Shown here in pieces: positions 25,035 through 38,316 of a stretch of 64,000 nucleotides of DNA. The stretch is from the NCBI RefSeq assembly GCF_038025025.1, contig NW_027117352.1, positions 1 to 64,000 of the forward strand. Reading direction: 5' to 3'. Under the pieces are notes generated by a model, which saw only the letters and a list, made by a program, of their open reading frames with translations, ran no database searches and was not told the origin of the DNA. Source of the stretch: Phyllosticta citribraziliensis. Its lineage: Eukaryota. The number at the start of each line of letters is the position of its first letter. Position 1 is the stretch's first letter. Position numbers and translations under genes: made by a program.

Positions 25035-27252
25035 TCATGACACCCCCAGGTTGGCAATCTCGCCTTGCTCGTTCTTCTGATCCGAGCCGAGCGTGTAGCT
25101 GGCTTTCCAGCGCATCTTGACCGCGGCGCCCTTGCCTCGCTCGACGCCGTGGAGGCGTACGTTCTGTGTGACGCCGTTTTGCTGGTTGGGCCCCAGAAGG
25201 CGGCCAGATTGAGGTTCGAGTTTGAGGGTGTAGCCCTAGTTGAAGTTAGTCATCTTTCGATCATGACTCTTTTGCTCCACTTCAACTACAGATGAGTGCG
25301 GGATTGAGGTACTTACTCTAGTCACGGCAAGCTGGATCGTCAGATCGGATATTGGCACAGAGGTGTTGTTGGATATGGACGAAAAGATGTTAATAACATT
25401 GTCACCCTCGCGAGTAACGGTGAAATCGGCCTTGATGTTTGTGTTGATGACTGTTTGAACTGAGGGTTGGTCAGGGAGAGCCGAGGCAAAGTTCCACTCG
25501 TCGTCATCGTTGCCCTGCGTCGATTTCTGGGGCGCTTGCGTTGCTGGAGGTGGGGTTGGTGTACTGGCAAGGTCAAACAGGGCATTCGAGGGAGAGGCGG
25601 CGGGCTTGAGTGATTGCTGGAACTGGAAGGGGGATCCTGTACGGCTCGTGGAGGCGAGAGAAGCAAAAGGATCAGCGGGCTTCGGCGGAGGAGCTTGCTG
25701 TTGGGGTGGAGGAGAGAACATTGGCGTTTGCTGTGGTGGTGTTGGTTGCGCCGAACTCGACAGCCCGCCCAGAGAAGCCAAAGCATTGTAATTTGTCTGA
25801 GCCGCCGGTGCTTGCGATGTCAGAGATGACGATCCAAGAAGATTCTGAATAGGCGGCTGGGGGCTTGGCTGCGACGGTGAGGCTGACATACGTTAGCATC
25901 GGAGGTATTTCACAACTCAGGCCAGGCATACCGGCTCCATTCATCGAGCCCAATGAAATGACTCCACCTTGTCCAAAACTGTCTCCACCGATGTTCAGAC
26001 CAAGCAAGTCATCTTCTAAAGCGTTGCCCTTGGGTGCGGCAGCACTCGAACTGGGTTCGGCCTGCCCAGCTGCAGAGGCCTCGTCTTCAGGTCCGCCAAA
26101 GTCGATCAAAGATAGCTCGTTGTCGGGGCCTCTCTTGACACCCGCACCACTGGTGCCCAGGGTACCCTTTGGAATCTTTGCAGCGCCTTCAACGTCTCCC
26201 TTCTTGACCAACTTATATCTCTCCAAGGTTCGGTGTATGCTGTCGTTGATCTCAAACAACTTGGCCACCGCCTCGTGATCGTCCGACTCTTCTTCGCACA
26301 TCTTCTGTATCTTTGGTTGTGCACTCGCCAGTGCGTTTGCCAGCTCCTGCATGCGGTCAGCAATGACGACCGCCTCCCATGAGAGCGGCTGGCCCCTGCG
26401 TACCTCGAAAACATCGCCCTCCTGGATTTGATCACCGGCCTGATGCTTCTGGAGCATATCCTCGAGCAGCTTCGCCTTTTGCTGCACTTTGGAAACCTCC
26501 TCCGCAGCCTTGGCTCTGTAGTCGGTCTTGTTCCGTGTGTCGAAACCAGCCATGACTTTCATCAGCCTGTTGGCTTCCTGTAAGTCGTGCGGGGTGCCTC
26601 TCCGAATCAGCTCTTGCAATTTTGCGGACTGGGCGGCCCGTTCCTCTTCCTCCATTTCCTCGGCGGACCTCAGACTCTACCGAGAGGGTCAGTACGAAAT
26701 TGAACAGCTGCGCATTATCACACATACATCACTCGGATTCAAGACAGCAGCATCCTCGCGCCTGACCTCCGGAAAAGTGTAGCCCTTGTAGCTCAGCAAC
26801 CTATGCATGTCCCGAATAAAACCCAAATCCTCCTTGTAGCGCGACGTCATGCAGATGGTCGACCTCCACTCTTCAATGAGCTCGAGGATCCGGTTGTGGA
26901 CTCGGCTGGGATGGACCGGCGGACGTTCTGGAAAGCGTCTGACGAGCTCATTGAGGAATTCTTTTGTACTGATTTGCAGGTGGAAGGGATAGCCACAGTT
27001 CTTGACGCAAATGTCCAACAGGTTCAGGGCCAGCAACGAGACATTTGGGTTGCGCGAGTTGACAAATCTGACGATTTCCATGGCGGCTTCGCGCGGGGCA
27101 TTGCCTTTCTTCTGGTTGATAAGCTCGGCGATTTCGATATTCAGGGCCAGGTTGGGCTCGAAGTTCTGGGGGTCGCAGGCGTTCATGATGTAGCGCTGCA
27201 GAGCGCTCCTGGGAGGCTCGGCGAAGCCGCCGAAGCGGTCGCGCGCCGCCAT
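25035..27252 (-). CDS. GGA2: GGA clathrin adaptor (VHS-GAT-GAE)
   Basis: VHS (LLDICVKNCGYPFHLQISTKEFLNELVRRFP), GAT (QELIRRGTPHDLQEANRLMKVMAGFD), clathrin-box-like SLIDF, DDEW motif, GAE exon GYTLKLEPQSG...KMRWKASY ending TGA at 25035. Four GT-AG introns. Confidence 0.92.
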
Positions 27253-27565
27253 TCGTGCTGAGGCCGCCTCCACGGTGGGCGATGGGCAAGTTGGGGGAGC
27301 AGGAGTTGAAGTGAAAACGTGTCGTTCGGGGGTGTCGAGGAGCGGACACAATCGACGTGATTGTCGGTAGTTCAGAGGCGGAGATGGAATGGGCAGCGGT
27401 TGGTTCGGGTTGAGGGCATGAGGCCACGACCGCAGCCCCAGAAATGACGGAGCTGGAGGGGGCCATCCGAGGGCGGTGGCAGAATTTCAACACCCTCTCC
27501 CCGCCATTTGTGCTTCTTTCGCCATCCTTTTCCTACACCACCTTCTCTCTCTCTACCTGCAAATC

Positions 27566-28776
27566 ATGGTTCGCCACAAGAAGGACAACTTTGCCCGTGG
27601 GGGTGGTCGCGGCGGTGGCAAAAAATACAGCAACCCTCCGCGCGCAAGAGGCCCGCGAGACGACCCAGATGGCGAAAATGGAGAGCGCAGCTCACGCCCT
27701 CCCTTCAAGGCCGCCGCTTGGGATCTGGGCCACTGTGATGCCAAGAGATGTTCTGGGAAGCGTTTGATGCGCCTGGGATTGATGCGCGAGCTTCATATCG
27801 GCCAGAAGTTTGCCGGCGTTGTCGTGTCGTGAGTCTGCTCGTACGAAAATCACCCGTCATGTGTCTAACTCCAATAAGTCCCAAGGCCAAGCATACCGTC
27901 TCCCCCGCAGATCGTGAACTTTGCGAGCAGTACGGCGCTGCAGTTGTCGAAGCATCCTGGAACCGCATTGACGAAGTACCCTTCGGACGTATTGGTGGCA
28001 AATGCGAGCGCCTATTGCCTTACCTTGTCGCCGCGAACCAGACCAATTACGGACGCCCATGGAGGCTCAACTGCGTCGAAGCACTTGCTGCCTGCTACTA
28101 CATCTGTGGTCATCCTGAATGGGCCGAGGAAATATTGTCGTCGTTCTCATATGGAGATGCCTTTTTGGAAATCAACGGAGAGCTTTTGCAAAGGTACGCG
28201 GCATGCGCAGATGAGCAGGAAATTCAAAAGGCCGAGGAGCTCTGGTTGGAAAAGATTGAAAGAGAGTACAACAAGAGCCGCGCAAAGAAAGGTGCCGCAG
28301 GGGAGGATGGTGTCTGGGGAGGGGGCAACCTCAACCGACAGTCAGCAACCAACTCCGATGATGAGGATGGAGATGACAAGGAGGGAGACGAAGATGATGA
28401 CGATGAAGAGGAAGAAGACGACCGTGATCCATACGGTCTGCCCCCTTCAGATTCTGAAGACGAGGAAGAGATGGCAGAGCTTCGGCGGCGCGTGTTGGCG
28501 TCGAAAACCTTTGCAAATCCCGAGCCGGACAACTCCAAGAAGCAGCAGGAGCAGCCTCAGAAGTCGGAACCTCCTCCCGAACTACACGAAGATTCGGATG
28601 CTGTCTCTGGCTCTGACATAGACGGGCTGGACGACGATTTCGACAACATCATCAACGCCACTCCGGTAACCGACCGGACTGGAATCACCCGAAAGGAAAG
28701 AATGAGGGCGGCGCAAGATAACAGCCTGAGCGCCACTTTTTCGAGAACTACCATTTCAGCTCCCAAGAAATGGTGA
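27566..28776 (+). CDS. TSR3: 18S rRNA aminocarboxypropyltransferase Tsr3
   Basis: WDLGHCDAKRCSGKRL; ERLLPYLVAANQTNYGRPWRLNCVEALAA; acidic tail. Intron 27829-27878. Confidence 0.95.
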
Positions 28777-30804
28777 GCATCGCAAAAATAAGCATTGAAA
28801 ACTCTTGCACGAGACAAGACCGAGGCTCGCAAATTCTCTCGAAGCCTCTTGGAATCACCTTTCCTGTCAGCACCTCAAGTGACTTGCATGAGCGACCCAG
28901 AAGGATGCCTTAGGTTCTTGACCACCTTGTCCACTCAGTTGGACGAAGGGCCCCCAACGTCAGGAGTGCTAAAAGCTCAGGGTGGCTGAGCAAGACGTCT
29001 GCTTGGCCTTTGAGCCGTGCAACCCACATTCTAGAGATTCAATGGGAAAAGCACCTGAGAAGCAAACATGATCCTCTGCTCGTGAAGTATTCCTCCACAG
29101 CAGCACCCTACAAAAACGTCTTCGCATCCAAGCAAATTACTATGAGAACGTGACCCCTGCCTTCAAACATACGATCTGATCCGAGCAATGCGCCTCTGTA
29201 AAACCTGCCGTTGGGAGTAACATCAAGAAGTAACATTTCCCCGCGCTTGTAGTCAACCACGCTCAGTGTCACTCGCGTAATGCGTTCTTGATCGCCTCTC
29301 AAACTGGTAAGGATATCGAGGATCAAAGTTGCCATTAACACGTACGCATGTCCAAACCATGTCCAGAGTCTCGCGTCGCGTTGTCTTGAGAGCGTGTGTG
29401 GGTAGGTTCCTCAAGTCGACGAATATGGCATTTCAACTGTCGAAAGATTTTTCCTTGTCGCGCCCTGAACAGATAGAAACAAGACGCAGAAGAAATTGGT
29501 CACTCTATCAGACACGCACAAAACCCAGTTCTCCATCCCAACTCCCTTCTTCCTCCTCAGGGGAAAGGAGAAGCACGCACTCCAAATCCACACCCCACCC
29601 CACTCCACACCCTCCACCCAGAATCCAAAAGCACACAACCAGCAACCTCCACTCTCCACACTCTCCAAACTCTCTATCCCGCCATCAAACGCGCCACAGC
29701 AGCCTCCAAAACTTCAGTCATCCGTGGCAGTCGTGGCAGCGCCCTGAAACGAAGGGGAACTCAAGAGCGGTAAGCCATTCTGCGCCGCGCCCCGTGTTTC
29801 GCATGGCGGCCACAATGGTGCTCTGGCTGGATGGCTGGCAGAAAGGACGACGGGTGGCGTGGGTTTTGGTGCCGGTTTGCCGGGTGCCAGCACCCCTTTT
29901 CGGGGGAGTTTGGCGGGTTACTGAGGAAGGGGGATTGGCCGTGGCGGGCTTGGTTGCTTGTGGAAATGCTTGTTTTGTCGGGGACTGAACTGCGTTTTGT
30001 CTGCGTCAGTGTCTAACCCTTCCGGCATCAGTGAAGAGTAATAGGATTAGTTCTCGTGTTGTATAGAAGCCAGTGGGTAGGGGGAGCGAGCAGACCATGT
30101 TAACCCCTAGTCGACGCAGCGGCGGAGCAAATCACGCCAAGGGATTTGGCAAAGTGAAGGAGAGATAGCGAGACCGAGGATGTCGGACAGAGCGTGCTCT
30201 GATTCGCGCGTGCGGACTGAGGGACTGGCAGAACCGCCGTTTGAACTCTGGTACGCCAGGCTCGAGAATGACACATGACCGCGGCCCTGACCGGGCGATC
30301 GGCTCCAGATGAACCATGGAATGCAAAAGCTAGATGACAGGTTGCCGAGGTAGACGATCAACTCTGCAGCAACGTGGAATGCTGATGGGGATGCGGCGCC
30401 AAGAAGGATGTGTGAAGGCATGGTGGGTCAGACTCAAGCGGAAAAATTATTTCTATTGTGATGAATCAGACTCATGGCCTAAGCTATCTGAAGAGCGCCT
30501 GACTACAGCCTTTTGTCTTCCTCAGCGGTCGTCTGAATCACTGGAAAAAGAAGGAAAGTCTGTCTAGCTGAATTTGTTTGTCCAGGAAGTGAGACTCTTA
30601 TGCGCTAATGTTGGGGGTCCATTCGACACACGCCTTTGCTCCGGGAAGAAAATTATGTAGTACGTAAAGTCGTGCGGGGTGAACCTCGAGAGTTGGCGGA
30701 TTTGGCGATACATTGGGCTTTTTCCAGGTGATTTTAAAAGGAGGAGGTCCAGCACCGGTTTTCCCCTGATGCAGCAATCAATTTGATGGTGATTCCGACC
30801 AAAT

Positions 30805-31712
30805 TTACATCATCGCGGCACCGTCAATTCCCTGGCTAGTGTTAGCCAAAGGTTATTTTCAACAGCGAAGCTATGGCAACTTACAATGACCTTGCCGTTG
30901 ATCCAGTCACCGTCCTGGGATGCCAGGAAGGCAACCACGCGAGCGATGTCGATGGGCTGGCCAACACGGTTGCATGGAGACCAAGTGGCGGCATACTCGT
31001 CGATTTGCTCGTTGGTCAAACTGTCACCATTGGGAATGTACTCCTTGCACACAGCGTGGTACATGTCGGTCTTGATTCCACCGGGGGCGACGCAGTTGAC
31101 GGTGATCTTCTTGTCACCGCAGTCGATGGCCATGCAGCGGACAAACGTCTCAATGGCACCCTTGGAGCCAGAGTAGACGGTGTGCTTGGGGACACCCTTG
31201 GCCTGACCAGTGATGGAGCCCATCAGGATGATCCTGCCGCCAACCTCCATGTGCTTGTAGGCCTCGCGGGCCACGAAGAATTGACCGCGAGTGTTGATTC
31301 TGAAGACGCGGTCAAACTCCTCCTCGGTCACGTCCTTCAAGTGACCGAAGGAGACGACACCGGAGTTGGAGCAGCAAATGTCGAGCTTGCCAAAGTGCTT
31401 GACGGCCTGGTCGAACAGCTGGACGGTCTCGCTGACATTGGCGACGTTGGCCTTGATGGCAATGGCATCGGAGCCCATCTTCTTAATCTCATCGACGACA
31501 GCTTGGGCGGCATCGACGCTGTTTGCGTAGTTGACGACGACCTTTGCGCCACGGCGGGCGAGCTCAAGCGCCATCGCCTTGCCAATGCCACGGCCTATTT
31601 TAGATGTGAGCAAGCTATACCATGCCGTGCAATAGGATCAAGACTGACCGGAACCGGTGACGACGGCAACCTTGCCCTCAAGACTCCAGCTGGGAACTCC
31701 GTTGGCGGCCAT
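30805..31712 (-). CDS. BRN1: 1,3,8-trihydroxynaphthalene reductase (DHN melanin SDR; BRN1/THR1/BRM2 type), 266 aa
   Basis: Exons 31712-31649, 31594-30885 and 30831-30805. [44 protein letters not shown] (YxxxK). Adjacent to CMR1 and the PKS. Confidence 0.95.
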
Positions 31713-31817
31713 TTTGATTGATTGATGGAAATTGATTGAAAGTTGAATGGAAAGTATAGGAAAGATGGAAGTGGATGTGTTTGAATGGAGAGCTATCAAG
31801 GCAACGGCAGCAAGAGA

Positions 31818-31824
31818 CTATATA
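31818..31824 (-). promoter_or_regulatory. Putative TATA element of the reductase gene
   Basis: TATATA about 110 bp upstream of the ATG, followed by a pyrimidine-rich leader on the minus strand. Confidence 0.45.
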
Positions 31825-34800
31825 TCGTGCAGCTGGCGGAGCTGGCAAGGTACAGTAATTCCGAAAGCGGCAGGCTTAGAGGTTTCCCCATGATGCCGTT
31901 CCCAGGGGAGCACCCGAGCGACGGTGTTGATTCTGTCCATGGTAGCTCTGGACTGGAGTGCGTTCTGGAACCTCATTGGCGCACAAGTTGGAACAGAGGG
32001 TTTTCGGACTCGCGGGGCCGAAGGAGGTTGGAGTAGTCAGCGCAAGAGCTTGACGGGGCCCCGATGGGTCGGACCGGTAGCTCAGCCGGCGAGCTTGCGG
32101 AGCTGCATCCGGCGCGTTTCGGGGCTTGGAATGGAGCGAGAGCGCGAGCAGGTGGTGAGAATGGAGAATAGTGTTGGCTGTGTGAGGTTGGTGCCGTCGA
32201 AGGTGGAAGGGAAGGGGTGCGGTGGGTGCGGTCAGCGCGAGCTTGAGCTGGCAGACCGGGAGCTTCTGGACCTGGAATGGAATGCGGGGAAATGTGGTGG
32301 CCTTGGTACCTGGCAGGTGCCATACTGGCCACGGCCATCACTTTTTGGCGCTGGCTGGAGCTGGAGCTGAGCTGGAGCTGTCCCCCCACCTCACCTCACC
32401 TCGCCTCGCCTGAGCTGTTCGGCGGCTATTTTCCATGTCCACCACCGCCACCGCGACCTCGCCCCTTCCGGCCTGCCCAACCCTGCCCTGCCCGGCAACC
32501 CTCTCACTGCTTCTCAACAGCATGCTCTTCTGCAAAGCTGCGTCCGTCGTCCCGTCCGTCAGTCGATTCTCTGCGGGCGTTTGTGCTGACCAGCTCAGGC
32601 CTTGGCTGCGACAGAGGCTTCGTTGCTGACGACGGCACCATTTGATCGTACGGCAGCAGATCCTGTGGAAGATGGTAGCCCCATCTGGAGGACTCGCCCT
32701 GCTCCTGGGAGCAGCCGCAACTATAGCCAAGCACAAAGGGCCCCCACCGAGTGAGCACTACCGCTTTCTGACCGCTCCGTGAGATGGACAGAGGCCCGTG
32801 GACGTCGCGACAATTTAGGACACTGGCTGCCGGACCTGCATCTGCAGCTGCAGCCAGCCCTGCCAGCTGGTTCGGACTTTGTGACACGCCTCCCCGCTCT
32901 CCGCCCGGATTGACAGCGGTGACGGACTTCGCACATTTGGGTCCCGGACTTGTCTTGTCTGAATCCCGCCTCCTGCTCCAATTTCGCCGCACGCATGCTG
33001 TCAAACCTCCTCTGCGCATCGCCGATGCCTGGAGGCGCCGCATCTTGGCCGGCCACTTGCTGTTGCAACCAAGACTTGTCGGGGTTCCCATTCCATCCTG
33101 GTGCGCGCAGACCACGTGACTGCGGACGCCAGCAACGGAAGGAATAGTGCACTCGCTTGCTGGCACTTGACCTCAAACGAACCCTTGGGGCCCCAAATCT
33201 TGGACCATCTCCCTCGAGTTGGAGAGCCGTTGGACCCAGAAAGCTTGCTTCGATCCTGGGTGGCTTGCGGGATTACCCAGGGTCCTTGATATCCACCAAA
33301 CTGCATTTACCAGCAGCAACCAACGGCATTTTGACTGGTAATTAGCAGCATAGATTGCCCCGAGACCAAAAGCCCCAACAAGCAACACCATCATGTCGCA
33401 CCGCCAGATTGCTGCCGCATCCCCAACGGAAAGCTCGAACCGGAGTGTCGGACCGTTGAATGAAAGAACCTTTATACCCACGACATGTAATTTACGCACG
33501 GTTGGCTCGGTGATTGACGCCTTTGGCCATCCAGAGATTTGCTCAAAGAGCTTGCGGATCTTAATGTGGGGATCGGTCTGACAGTCCCCGTCCGCAGAGG
33601 CGTAGATTGCGGCGTTTGCCTCGTATGCAACTGTCAAGTGCCAAGGATCCGCATCGGTCGAGATGTTGTGATCCCCAGCTGTCCGAGTAATTTTGTTTCC
33701 TTGCCGTCATTCTCCATTGTCCGGTCTTTGCAAGGAGACTGGTGGAAAGTACACTAACCGATTGACTTGCAACGCCACTGCGCCGGAGCCGTAGAGCTTC
33801 CAAAATTGGTCAACATGGGCACTTCCAAAGAGTTATAGTGGCAGCCCTTGGGTGGGCCGAGTTTCACGGCGGCGCGTGTGAATTCTACCTGTTTAGGAAA
33901 TATCTGGGGAGTACCCTGGTGTGGTTGGGGCCGTCATGGTTCTGTGACACCCCTCTGCCATCCCGTCGGAGAACCACCCAGCCAACGGTCGATGAAGCCG
34001 TCTCCCGGATCCCAAAGAGCATAGCGGACGCGTATCAAGTAAAGGAGCATTTACCAATGCCGCCAGGATTGTGGATGAAGCAAATGGGGCCCGCATCTTC
34101 TGCGTGCACCTGCACACCTAAGGCTCGGCCGAGCCAATGTACGGGTAGGGTTAGCCTCACGCACAACGACTGATCGCCCCTCTTCCCGCTGCACCACGGA
34201 CGGTCTTGCACACTCGGGGAGGCGGAGATGGCCAGTGAAAACCTGGTTCTGAAGCAAACAAGTGCTCCAAGCGCCCACGCTCGCCCAATTGGGACCTCTC
34301 CATGGCATCATCAGGCGGCGGAATGCACAAGCAGGGAGCTGCCGCCGCATTGTCCGACGAACGACGTGGAGGGCTATTGGGTCCATACCACCTGTAGCTC
34401 AGTGGGTCGTGGCTCATGCGGCAGGCAGCTGGGCGAAAAAAGCAGGAGAAGGAACGAGGCGTCTACGTCAATCAACTGACGAAAGCGGCCGCCATGACTG
34501 TCAATCAAGGTGAGGTGAACAGTGCGTATTGCCCCCATGGGCCGCGTCAGTGTTTCGTGAGCTATATGTATGCAATGCTTGCCATGCCAATGGCCTTACC
34601 GCCTGCTTCGGCCGGGGAAAGGTGAGCAAAAAGACAACATAACATCGAGCTACCCCCCTCGTACTACCACGCGTCTACACCTAGCTGCTGATCACCCATT
34701 TTCCCTCCTCCCCTCTTCTCTCCCGCACCAAAAAATTCTTTTTTGGGGTACCACAGTCTCGTACCTCAAGCCCATCTCAGGCCACCGAACGGTTGCTTGC

Positions 34801-35479
34801 ATGGGCAAAAAGCAAATGGAATCAGAAACAACCGGTACATATCCACGCCGGCGTCCGCAAGCCATCGCTCCTCATACTCGCACTTCATCACCACGCCGCC
34901 GCGCCCCACATCATCACATCGGAACTTAACATGACTGGGGCTGATGAGAGCCAATGGGGATATGAGAGAGTACCGATATCAGATATGATGTTGGTGGCAG
35001 AGAAAAGAAAACAGACAGACATCATCAAGGGCTGAGACTGAGTCTGCCAAGCAATGGAGATACAACCCATTGGCCAGGTGTGACTGAGTACCTATCTACT
35101 CGGTCGCCGCTTGGTGACGGGAAGACGCGTCCAAAAGCGGGGCTTGGACGAGAAGCAATGTCAATGGTCATGGCATGAGGACAGCGACAAGAGTCGGTGA
35201 GAGAAGCAGCACGTGGAGGGGGGAGGAGTGAGACGCGAAGGGGGAAAAGGAGGAAGTACAGAGTACAGTTGGTGGAGAAGCCGTTGTGGTGGTGAGCATA
35301 GAGGCGGAATCGACCAACCAGACCATCGGACCAATCCAACCGACCAAGCACCCACCCCCCAAGGAACCCCGTCGACATCCATCGCATCGACCGTTCACGG
35401 TTTGAGAGGATTCACATGGCCAACCACTCACGGCCGGCGAGACATTGCTACTTCTCCACCCACACACCACACCATGCCT

Positions 35480-37250
35480 CTTGTCCGCCCGCCGCCGCCG
35501 CCGCCGCCGCCGCGGCGTCCTTATCCACCCATTCATGGCTTCCTCCCTTTCGTCACGTACGTCACCTCCAAGACTTCCCCACACCGCCCGCCTGCATGCA
35601 TGAGGTGCTCCACGTACGCATGCTCGCACACCCACACCCACAGCACAACCACTACCACCTCGCCGTCTTCCGCCGTAGTCGTTATGCGAACGCCGTCGCT
35701 CCGGCTGCTACCGACCACCACCGCCGCCGCCATCACGTTATCAGTCTCGCCGCTTCTCTCTACATGGTTCTGCGCACTATCCCGCTTCTTTCTACCCATC
35801 GTCCTCTAGCCTCGGCATTGATCGCCGCCGGTCAAGCTGCGTGGCGAACTTGTCGACTGCCTTTCCACTCTCCTGTCGACCCTCTCCTGACTCGATGGGT
35901 CCGTCTCGACAGCGGACAGCTAGCTGCCTGTCCGACTTTGATCCTAGAATTCCCTGTCTGCTTGCTTTCTCAGTGGCAAAGAGACTCTTGGACATCAGGG
36001 GAGACAAACGTGCAAGATATCACCACCGCAACCATCGCCGCCGCCATTACTGTGGACACCAGACGATGATACCGTACCCGAGGAAGCAAGCAATCAAGCA
36101 AGCAAGCAAGCAAGCAGACACGCAAAGGCCAGCAACCGCCCACATTCTCGGACCGCAAGCGAAACCAGCCCCGACATACACTAGCACACGCCTACGGAGA
36201 GGAAACCAACGTCGACCCGTCGACCCGTCGACCCACCACCTCACTCCTGCCCTCCGTGTCCTCCAGCAGCCGGGCCCACCGCGAGGGAAAATGGCAAAAG
36301 AGGACCGCGTCGCAAATCATGCCGAAGCATCACCAGACCAGACACCAGATCAAGCAGGGCAACTTCGATCAAATAGCCACTTCACAAGCCTGGACGCACG
36401 AAGCAACGGTACATGTATGTGTGTATGTATATGTACGTACGTTCCTACCCTCTCTCTCATTCACATCACCCATTACCATGCCATCGTATCATGACTGCAC
36501 GGCTCTGCTGCAGTTATGCTGTCATGTAGACAGAGCAAGACAGAAGGCAAGCGAGCAAGGCAAAAGAGATCTGATAAACTAACGCTAACCAACGCAAAGT
36601 GTCCCGGCCAGCCCACCTTACCAAACCAGCAAAAAGGACATGCCGTCGCTCACGAAGACGCCGTTTTGTGATTGTCCCTGCCTCGTCGCGTCCCTGTACC
36701 TGTCCTGTCCCATCGATCCACTTCCGCCTTCTGTGTACGAGGTGCGCTGCGCTGCGCTGGACGACTGATGATGATGACGATGATGACGATGCAAAAGGAG
36801 AAGAGCAGGAAGGGTGTGCCGGTGAAGAGGAAGCAATCAACGAAGGGTGTGGTATCTGCGATGGATGGATGGATGGACGAACAAAAGCCAAAGGTGGTGG
36901 AGATGCATGTCGTGGTATGCGATGCGGACTGAGCGAGCGATGGAGTGAAGAGGAGGGCGTGGTGAACGATGGAATGATGACTGAAGAAGAGGAAGAGGAA
37001 GAGGAAGAGGAAGAGAAAGAAAGGGACGATGCGGATGCGGATGCGGAAGAATGAAAAGAAGGCTGTCACAGCGAAGCGATGGACTGAAAAGAGATGGATG
37101 TGGGATGGATTGATATGCATGCATACATGAAAGTAAGAGGAGGGAGAGCAACGATGAGGAGCAGGGCTGAGAAGACAGTAAAGACGACTCGACTGGACTG
37201 GACTCACATTTCGCTCAACTACCTGACCATGACGACGACGACGGCGGAAC
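35480..37250. repeat. Microsatellite-dense tract downstream of CMR1
   Basis: (GCC)n ~35487-35511, (AAGC)n ~36083-36117, (GAT/GAC)n ~36766-36790, (GGAT)n ~36860-36875, (GAAGAG)n ~36986-37015, (GATGCG)3 ~37028-37045. Confidence 0.85.
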
Positions 37251-38316
37251 GACAAGATACGCGGCGCACGATAAAGCGACAATAAACAACGCATAGCGGG
37301 AACGACCGAACCAAACCGAACTACGCTCAAAGAAAAAGCAAAAGGGAGAAATAACGAGAGAGGAGGAGAGGTTCAAAACAAGAAGATGAAAAGAGGATAT
37401 ATCATCAAGAAGCGCACGCAGCAGGAGCAGCGTGCGCAACATCAAGAGAGCTGCTAACTAATGTATGTGGGTAACTAAACAAGAACAGGCATCCATCCAC
37501 CTGCCTGCCCAGCAAGAACTGCGCGCTTGCCTGGAGACCTTCCATCCGTTCCGTCCCACTCCAATAGCACGATCCGCATCCATCTGCCCATGTATGTATG
37601 TATGTAAGTGGCCGTAAACGTCATGCCCGCGCCCGTATGCGCCAGACCGCATGAATTGGACCCCATTCTATCGCATTCGCATCCGTTGACCGACCGAAGA
37701 AACAACCGTGGGGCAAAGCAAAAACAAAAACCAGAGACCCGACGCCGGCCAAAAGAGCTAGACCAATGACAAGAAGCAGATGTAAAGATGAGAGAAACAG
37801 AAAGAAGAAAAACATGGCGGAATATGACATATGACATGACTAATGTGAGGACATGTCGAAGCGTAACAAGTGGGTGGCAGTGATGGTATGGTGTTGTTGG
37901 ACGTGACGCTGGCCCAGACAACGACAACAACGTACGAGAGAGGAAGAGGAACAGCATGACAAGACTTCTTTTTGCGCAACGAAACACGAGCGCGCAGTCC
38001 GTGCGAGCGAGCCGACTGGCTGGCTGGCTGGCTGCTGCCATTATGAAGGGCAAAGAAAGAGTCGAGTACGACGGATGCAGAGATTAAGGCGAGGAGTATG
38101 GGGCTCGCCTCCCGACCCAGAGAGCGAGCCCGGAAAGACGGAAAGATCTATTATTGCGTACACGCTTTTTGGTACCGCCAACGAGACAGCGAGTGTGCTC
38201 GCGCGCGGATGAGAGATTGTTCAGGCCTCAAAAGTCCAAGTGGACGATGCCGGAACCGGCTTCTCCTACGAAGGAGACAACGACAGACGAACAACGCAAA
38301 AGAGGATGCGGGACGC

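Noticed and set aside
30013..30020. CTAACCCT (also CTAACCCTA on the minus strand near 34145) as a telomerase RNA template
   Set aside because: 8-9-mers are expected by chance in 64 kb; no pseudoknot or CR4/5 element recognised.
30458..30536. C/D-box snoRNA-like GTGATGA...CTGA...CTGA
   Set aside because: No terminal stem and no convincing rRNA-complementary guide found by eye; snoscan would settle it.
30873..31721. 282-aa plus-strand ORF antisense to the reductase
   Set aside because: Shadow ORF expected from strong codon bias in a GC3-rich SDR gene; no recognisable domain.
33173..33637. 154-aa minus-strand ORF upstream of the reductase
   Set aside because: Non-ATG start, no domain, no supporting splice structure.
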